Position numbers and translations under genes: made by a program. Below, piece by piece: positions 36,340 through 44,420 of a DNA stretch of 44,420 nucleotides. The notes beneath the pieces were generated by a model. The model had not been told where the DNA came from. It saw only the letters and a program-made list of their open reading frames with translations, and did no database searches. The stretch comes from Octopus bimaculoides (lineage: Eukaryota), in the NCBI RefSeq assembly GCF_001194135.2, contig NC_068997.1, forward strand, positions 43,143,811 to 43,188,230, written 5' to 3'. Numbering within the stretch: position 1 is the first letter of the stretch; each line of letters starts with the position of its first letter.

Positions 36340-36785
36340 GTGTGTGGTACCATTGCTTCCCAAACACATGGTTCCGTTTTCAGACGCACTGCGTGGAACC
36401 TTAGGAGTGTGTCTTCTACTATAACATCGAGTCGACCAAAGCCTTGTGGGTAGATTTGGTGGGTGGAAACTAAAAGAAGCTCGTCGTATAAGTGTGTGTG
36501 AGAGAATGTGTGTGTATGCGTGTATGTATATATCTGTGTGTGTATGCATGTATGTATATATCTGTGTCTTTGCAGATGTGTTTTCCTCCCACCACCACCA
36601 TCGCTTGACAACAGGTGTTGGGTTGTTTACGTCTCTGTAACTTAGCAGTTCAGCAAAAGAAACCGAGAGAGTAAATATCAGACTTAAAAAATAAGTACTG
36701 GCATCGATTTGCTCGATCAACCTTTTCAAGGCAGTGCTCTAGTATGGCCGCAATTCAATGACTGAAACAAGTAAAAGATAAAAGA
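36340..36785 (+). mobile_element. SINE-B, near full length
   Basis: Head, internal microsatellite, shared A/B module, and tail AATGACTGAAACAAGTAAAAGATAAAAG. Confidence 0.92.
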
Positions 36786-36935
36786 TTTAAATGTATAGAT
36801 AGATCGATCGATCGATCGATAGATAGATAGATAGATAAATAGGTGTTGATAACACTTCATCCGTTGAAACGATCATTATAACATTTATAGACATATATTT
36901 CCTCAAACAAAAAAATATGTATGTGTGTATCTGTG

Positions 36936-36989
<54 letters not shown>

Positions 36990-37656
36990 TGTGTGTGTGT
37001 GTGTGTGTGTGTGTTTAGCGTTTCCAAAACTTTTCAGACAGCAGAATAATTTTTTGGTGTGGTGGAGTGCGATTATTTTTCTTTAAATCATATAATAAAA
37101 TAAGCATGGTTTACAAAGAATTTTAATAACTCACCGATGAAAATATTCCTGGACATTTAAAAAAGAAAAAAAATACTTGAAACATAGCATAAAATAACAT
37201 AAAAAAACACTTTTGCTTATTTTTAATATTTAGTTATATTTTTATGGCTTTCATCAATTTTAAGAAATATATGAATATAATATATTCTACAGTCTATCGC
37301 ACAAAGTTATAAATTAAAATATAAAATTAAACATGTATATACTTAAGAAAGAAAATTAACAAAATGAATAATGCAAAAAAGATGCAAGATATAATTTTTC
37401 AAAGATTGAACTGAAGGGATGTTGTTTGTTTTCACTTACTAAATGTACATTAAGAGGAAACAAAGTTCATTTTAGTTTCAAATCTTAATCAACATTGGAA
37501 CAGATAATGTTCCAAGTATCTTTTTTTTTTTATGAAAACCAAATTAGAGAATTCAATTTCACACTTAAAATCTGGAATAAAAAGCATTTTAAAGTGAATT
37601 TCCTGCTTACATAAATTTCGATGCTTTTCTTGACGAATATTAAGAAAATTTAAGAC

Positions 37657-37706
37657 CGGCAGAATCGTTATCGCGCCGGGCAAAATGCTTATTAGTATTT
37701 CATCCG
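37657..37706 (+). mobile_element. SINE-A head fragment
   Basis: GGCAGAATCGTTATCGCGCCGGGCAAAATGCTT. Confidence 0.8.
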
Positions 37707-37734
37707 AATTTTTGTTTGTACCTCGCAACTTTAA

Positions 37735-37948
37735 ATGGTTTCAAATTTTGACAATACCAGTAATTTAAGGGGATGGGTAAATCGATTACATCGACCCCAG
37801 TACTTTACTGGTATTTTATTTTATCGACCATAAATGGGGGAAGAGAGAAATTGACGTCAGTGGGATATGCATTCAGAACGTAAAAAGCCGGAAGAAACGC
37901 TGCTAAGTATTTTGTCTGCCATGTTAACGATTTCGCTGGCTCGCCGCC
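37735..37948 (-). mobile_element. SINE-A, full length
   Basis: Reverse complement from GGCGGCGAGC through TTTGAAACCAT. Confidence 0.88.
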
Positions 37949-39004
37949 TTTTCTCGCAAACCTAATTATAATTTGTTAAAACAAAATGTGTCGCATAAGT
38001 AGGTCGTTTGTGTTAAACAATTAAATTCAGGAAATTTGCCTGGGAAATCGCATATAAACATCTCTTACCAGAAGAGGGTGTTCATTGACAGCCAACAAAA
38101 CTTCACTTTTTTTTTAATACTAAATATCATTAACGATACTTTTCGACAGTCATCGCGATTTACAATGTAAAAGCTGTTCGTATTCATTCCAAGGTGACTA
38201 TGGTTGACAAGAACCCGTGACGAAGACTAATGAGTCCTCGCTGCCCCACTCAGGCAAAGCGTACAGGCTAAGGGGCGAAACGCCTGCTGATGATATGTAA
38301 GGGTTGCGATTGATTCAGAAGAAGAGCTTTCAATACCTCTGGGTGTCTCCACCAGTTTCTGCGTGAGGCAAAGCATCTTCGATGTATATTACATGTGATT
38401 CTTTGCATAAAAATTCTTCTATTCGGTGGGCGATATTTTGTGTAATTCATAAAGTTTACCCATTCTTAAATAATTGAATTCAAAATAAAAATATATATAT
38501 CTCACGGTTAAAGCTTTTCTAGGAATACATTATAGTATTCACGGAATACAACAATGTATTCTAGTATTCTGTGAATACTGCAATACACAGTTTTGCGCTT
38601 CTGTTCAGATATTCAAGAACAATCCATTGTGACAACATGACATCGCTTGTGCTTCATCGCTACTCAGTCCAACGCGTTATTTTCCGGTTAATGTTTTAAG
38701 CTTAAACATTTCTTCGTCCTTTGTTCTTCTTTGAAGTGATTTACAAATCATAAAATCTTCTGGGAGACAGCCTTTGACAACACATTTCACAAAGCACATT
38801 AAATTAGAATTAACTGAAATGTCTCTACTTTCTTCCACTTGTAATGAAAGAAAAACTGACTTTTGTGTATCCTAGAAACGAGCAATTCTTCTATATTTTT
38901 CATCATATCCTCTATTCTGCGTTCAACTGTATTTTTGGACAAAGACATTAAAGGCTATTAAACTGTGTTTCTTTTTCCCAGACACTCGAAACAAAATGCC
39001 CAAC

Positions 39005-39100
39005 TGACAGTATCATTAGAGCGTCGGGTATAATCGTTTTGGTTCCCTTCGCTTTGAGTTCAAATTCCAACGAAATCAATTTCAACCTTTGTTGGTAAAC
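39005..39100 (+). mobile_element. Decayed SINE-A 5' part
   Basis: CATTAGAGCGTCGGG...TTGAGTTCAAATTCC. Confidence 0.45.
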
Positions 39101-39139
39101 TATCAAGCCAGCCCTCAAGTTGATTCTTCTCCATCTTGA

Positions 39140-39180
39140 TCTCTCTCTATCTCTTTTTTTCTCACTTGCTCTCTCTTTCA

Positions 39181-39242
<62 letters not shown>

Positions 39243-39298
39243 TCTTCGTTTCTCCCGCTCTCTCTTTCATTTGATCACTCTCTCTCTCTTAACCTCTC
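39140..39298. repeat. (CT)n tract
   Basis: Direct reading. Confidence 0.95.
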
Positions 39299-40389
39299 TA
39301 TGTATTGCACCTAAAATTTAAATTTTCGTCTATTGTTACGCTGAATGGACCAGAAAATGCATTAAGAATGCACATGTATGTGGAATACGCAATCGCGTGT
39401 TACTTTCGCGAGTAATAATTCAAATGGTCGAACAACAAACTACTCACCGTCAATACTGATGGAAAATCCACCATCACACTCGGGATATTACAATTTCAAA
39501 TGCAAAGAGTATTAACTTTTCCTCAATACTGATAACATTTCGGGGTCTCGGTTTTGAAACTTCATAAGATTCCAAATGTTGGCTTTCTAAATGCCGTTTC
39601 ACTTTTAATGGTTTGATAGAACCGTTTGGGAATTTCGATGTGGCAAAACACACATAATAGGAAATTAGAAAATGCCCATCGCTTTTAGCAGGAATGAAAC
39701 AAAACTTAACATATTCGTTGCAATACTTGCAGATCCAAATAGCTTTGACCTGTCTGTCATTAGAATTCTCTGCATTGTTTAATATTTTATTACTGATATC
39801 TTTGTTAGTAAAGGGTTGAATATTGCAGAATTGCTGTCGTTTCTCCTAAGCAGTTTATCCATATTGAAAACGTAAAAGTAGTTACTGATAAATAAATTAG
39901 AAAAATAAATCAATAAGAAATAATCACGATAAATACATGAGAACAAAGCAGATTTGATAATGATAAATATGATATCTTGTTAATACTCACCAAAATCAAT
40001 AATAATGTGTGTTAGCTGAGGTCAGGAGAATTAAAACTGCGTGCAATATTATACATGCACTTGCACGTATGAAGAGAGAAAATATGCGGTCATATTCCAA
40101 TTCGCAGTCTGAATTTGCAGAATTAGCTCTTATTACGATGAGATTAAAAAGATTATAACCGTTTTAGTGTCACCATCAGCAGAGGCCGTGTTTGACCTGC
40201 AAGCATGGCGGCAATGGACTGACTAATCGATTGAATAGAACTAATTTCTTACATCTGTTAAATATTTTAATATTTTTGTTTCATGCGACGATTATTCGGA
40301 AATTTTATGAGGAACATTTTTTATTGTTTGATGCGGATCATAGTTTGGATTGCGATGTATACGTATATTTGTTTCTGTTTGTATTCATG

Positions 40390-40445
<56 letters not shown>

Positions 40446-40517
40446 TCTGTCTGTGTGTGTACGTATATATGAACGTATGTATATATTTATATACACACAT
40501 ATGTGTGCGCGTATATA

Positions 40518-40748
40518 TTCTTTCTTTATTCTTTTACTTGTTTCAGCCATTTGATTTCGGCCATGCTGGGGCACCACCTTGAAGGATTTTAGTTGAACAA
40601 ATCGACCCCAAAACTTATCTTTTTAAGCCAAATACTTATTCTATCCTTCTGTTTTGCCGAACTGCTAATGTTACGGGGACATAAACATACCAACACCGGT
40701 TGTCAAGCGGTGAGGAGGGGACAAACACAGACACAACCACAAATACAC

Positions 40749-40792
<44 letters not shown>

Positions 40793-40962
40793 ACGCGCGC
40801 ACATATATACGACGGGATTCTTTCAGTTTCTATCAACCAAATCTACTCGCAAGACTTTGGTCGGCCTGAGGCTATAGTTGAAAGCACTTGCCCAAGGTAC
40901 TACGCAGTAGAACTGAACCTGGAACCATTGGTAGGGAAGCAAACTTCTTACCACACAGCCAC
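40518..40962 (-). mobile_element. SINE-B, full length
   Basis: All modules present, with an internal (CA)n. Confidence 0.93.
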
Positions 40963-41306
40963 ATATGTTTGTTTACTTATCTACGTATGTATATGGATGT
41001 ATATAAGACGATGGGACTGTACAGCCAACGTTCATCGTTCATGAAATTTTACCTAGTGGACAAATTGAACTTAATTATCCCTCGTGTTTGAAAGAGAGTC
41101 ATATAGTAAATTTCCAGGATCAACAGACCAATCACCAAAACTGCAACAACTTATGCGAATGCTTGAAAGATCCGAAAATTTCCTTCAACAGATAAGTTTA
41201 ATAGCTTAAACATGAACTAAGACAAATTAAACAGCACATCTCCAAATATTTCTATAAAAAAAGCACCTACCTATTAAGACAGTTTAAACGGCCTACTAGA
41301 TGTGTG

Positions 41307-41400
<94 letters not shown>

Positions 41401-42445
41401 GTATATGCGTATGTATGCATATTATTTTCATGTTCTCCCATGTTTACATTAATACTTTCAACTCAATACCTTGATGTTTGTTTCAATGTGAGGTTTTAGA
41501 CTTTACATATAAAAGGGCAGGTGGCAGAATGATGACAAATATTAATTGTCCTTGAGCTTCTTAGAGTTAACTACCTTGAACCTATAAAATATTTGATTAA
41601 ATTTTTGTAATTTTCTAATCCTATGTGATTTTCTAATCCTATTTCTAATGCCGCGATCTCTTACGCTTTCAGTTATCTTAACAACTGCCTCATAGTTTAT
41701 TACTCCTCCGACCAAATGAATTAAGAAGGATATTGGAATTCAAATCCCTCGATGAAAGTGGATTTATATACATACACATACACATACAACTGAGAGAGCT
41801 CTTGGAAACAGAACACTTCTAAGTCACCTTACTTGTGTCACATTATAAATTATTCTTTTTATTGGATAAAATTAATAAATTTTAAAATATACGTTAAATA
41901 AAAGTTTATGATTAGGATTTCTAATATTCATCGTTACATTTCATAGGTAAATATATATACACCATTACAAAAGATTAACAAGGATTTTCTGCTCAGCGAT
42001 TGTTTGACAATATGTAACAGTAAAATATAATTTAATTTTCACCAAATAGGATTCTCTTCATAAATCGGCTGAATTGTGTTCGCGGCCGTCATATGAATAT
42101 TTAAATATATAAAATATGTTCGGAAGTGTATCTCAAAGTACAAAATGCAAAATGCAAGACAACAATCTCAGTCTCTACCGGATCGTTCTTTAAGGACCTT
42201 TATACATCATCAGCTAGACGCATAACTGAAATACTTTTTTTCACTGATTAAAATCTGTTCCAGTGTTAGCAGGAACACAATTTATAGATGCAAATTCAGA
42301 AATTGCTAGCCAATATTATCAGTATGCTAGAGGTATTTGCTCCTGAAAATGAGTAAGCTTCTTCAAGAACATGGAGCTAGGTAAAAATGAGGTAGAGGTT
42401 GTCAAATCTGTAATACTAGAAAAAAAAAAAAAAGAAAAAAAACTT

Positions 42446-42785
42446 GTGGCTGTGTAGCTAAGAAGGTCAGTCCTACTTCGTAACAACTTGGGCACATGAA
42501 CTCTACGATAGCCCAAGAGTCGACCAATGTTTTGCGAGTGAATTTGGTAAGTGAAAATTATAAGGAATCCTGCTGTATATGTATGTTTGTTTATGTCTTT
42601 GTGTTTGTGTTTCTCTCCACACACACCATTTAACAATCGGTATTAGTTCAGTCACGTCCTCACAAGTAAGCGGTTTCACAAACGATGCCACTAGTATAAA
42701 TACCAGATTTAAAAAAATAAGTGCTGTGATCGATTCGTTCAACTTAATCTTACAAGGTGGTGCTCCAGCATGGTTTACTGTAACT
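42446..42785 (+). mobile_element. SINE-B, decayed
   Basis: GTGGCTGTGTAG head (B-box region deleted), GAGTCGACCAA, GGTGGTGCTCCAGCATGG. Confidence 0.8.
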
Positions 42786-42851
42786 CCATTTCAAGGATCT
42801 GTTATATATGTGTGTGCGCGTGTGCGCGCGCGTGTGTTTGTGTGTGCTTAA

Positions 42852-43192
42852 TCTTTTACTTGCTTCAGTCATTAGACTGCAGCCATACTGGGGAACCGCC
42901 CTGAATTTTTAGTCGAATGAATCGACCCTAGTACTTATTTTTTAAGCCTGGTATTCATTCTAATTTACGGGGACGCAAACACGCCAACAACGGTTGTCAA
43001 GCGGTGGTGGAGGAACACAACGACTCACACACATATATATAAGCGACGGGATTTTTTTAACTTCCGTCTACCAAATCCACTCACATGGCTCGAGGCTATA
43101 GTAGAAGACACTTGGCCAAGGTATCAGTAGGACTGAACCCAGAAGCATGTAGTAGCGAAGCAAGCTACTTACCACACAGCCACGCCTGCGCC
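42852..43192 (-). mobile_element. SINE-B, full length with small deletions
   Basis: Tail TTCAGTCATTAGACTG through head CTTACCACACAGCCACGCCTGCGCC. Confidence 0.92.
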
Positions 43193-43204
43193 TGTATATA
43201 TATA

Positions 43205-43824
43205 CCATGTTTCCCCGAAAATAAAACAGGGCTTACATTAATTTTCAGTCCGAAATATGACACTAGGGCTTATTTTCGGGGGATGTCTTATTTTGATATA
43301 TCAAAAAAAATGAAGTTACAAAGTAAAAATTACGAGATTTCTAAATAAACAGAAATTACGAAAAACGATCTACATTTACTTACCATTAACATGTTTTTTT
43401 GTTCAGAAACTCATTAACAACAATTTATTGAAAAACAATCATATCATCATCCTCTGGAATGTCTTGCAAGTCATCGGTTTTCAAAATTCCAGCGGAGTTT
43501 TCGCTTAACTCAATTTCCCGCAGAACTTTCGCTCCTATTCTCTCATGTCGAGCAATAGAGGTCTCATGGATTGAGAAATTCTTATCCAGGTAGCCAGCTC
43601 GTAGCGCATTGGCAACACAGCTGTCTATGATTTTGTTCCATGAATTTGTCACCAAGTCACGATCTCTTGTAGTCTGGGCTTCACAAAATTTCCACGTTCA
43701 TTTCTCACTATTCTGTTTTCAATGTAGTCATTAACTTCCATGCGTAAGTGGTTCTTGAATGGTTTATTTATTGTAATATCAAGAGTCTGGAGATAAGCAG
43801 TCATTCCTGCGGGAATCATGATTT
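43205..43824 (-). mobile_element. pogo-family transposon 3' part (DDE_1 C-terminus plus TIR)
   Basis: Minus strand IMIPAGMTAYLQTLDITINKPFKNHLR...GNFVKPRLQEIVTW/VTNSWNKIIDSCVANALRAGY, with a 1-bp frameshift near 43652 and stop at 43425. It parallels POGK-type IPGG.T..LQ.LD....KP. TA followed by CCATGTTTCCCCGAAAATAA at 43203. Confidence 0.9.
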
Positions 43825-44071
43825 NNNNNNNNNNAATATTACCGGTTTCAATGTGTTTGTCCATCTTATCAAATATTAAAAATTCATAGTCAAGGATTAA
43901 GAAATAAGAAAATAATAGGACATAAGAAAAGGTAGGAAATTAAAACAGTTTGTTGTCAGAGTCTAGTGTGTAGTTAAGAGCAACGACGCACAGACTTTTC
44001 TTCTTTCCTAATGCTTGTATTATTTCCTAATACTTCACTTTGATTTTTTAATATTTGATAAGATAGACATA

Positions 44072-44252
44072 TTCTTTTCTTTTATTATATGTTTCAGTCA
44101 TTTGACTACGGCCATGCTGGAGCAACGCCTTTTAGTCGAACAAATCGACCCCAGGACTTTTTTTTTGTAAGCCTAGAACTTATTCTATTGGTCACTTTAG
44201 GCCAAACCGCTAAGTTACGGGGACGTAAACACACCAACATTGGCTGTCAGAC
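44072..44252 (-). mobile_element. SINE-B, 3' half
   Basis: TTTCAGTCATTTGACTACGGCCATGCTGGAGCA...AAATCGACCCCAGG...GCTAAGTTACGGGGACGTAAACACACC. Confidence 0.9.
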
Positions 44253-44307
44253 ACACAAACACACACACACACTTATATATATATAAGTCTTAACCCTTTT
44301 TCAACTA

Positions 44308-44420
<113 letters not shown>

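Noticed and set aside
38216-38295. Hammerhead-like words (TGACGA-GAC..GTC; CGAAAC then CTGATGA)
   Set aside because: The first lacks GAAA; in the second the spacing is too short to form stems I and III.
41118-41207. Possible exon STDQSPKLQQLMRMLERSENFLQQISLIA
   Set aside because: Weak pyrimidine tract, no GT donor (ATAAGT), no motif.

Overview
AT-rich, microsatellite-saturated animal genomic DNA with 14 N gaps, most likely from an octopus scaffold. That assignment rests on my recognition of the SINE families and the repeat landscape, not on a database search. Almost every ORF in the supplied track is a translation of simple repeats or N runs. Supportable content: (1) four tRNA-derived SINE families, labelled A-D here; (2) fossil DNA transposons: an internally deleted mariner, a near full-length DD37D/maT copy, a pogo C-terminus, and Tigger-, piggyBac- and TA-flanked MITEs; (3) non-LTR fragments: an RTE endonuclease N-terminus and two R4/Dong-like pieces; (4) a possible two-exon 3' end of a TPR-protein gene at 4231-4538. 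The best leads are a duplicated pre-miRNA-like hairpin inside a circularly permuted duplication (8849-10163), an R4/Dong-like 3' end embedded in (ATAC)n, an in-frame 18-bp minisatellite that grew out of a mariner catalytic motif, repeated fold-back scars, and inverted repeats that could form dsRNA. All alignments and folds were done by eye.
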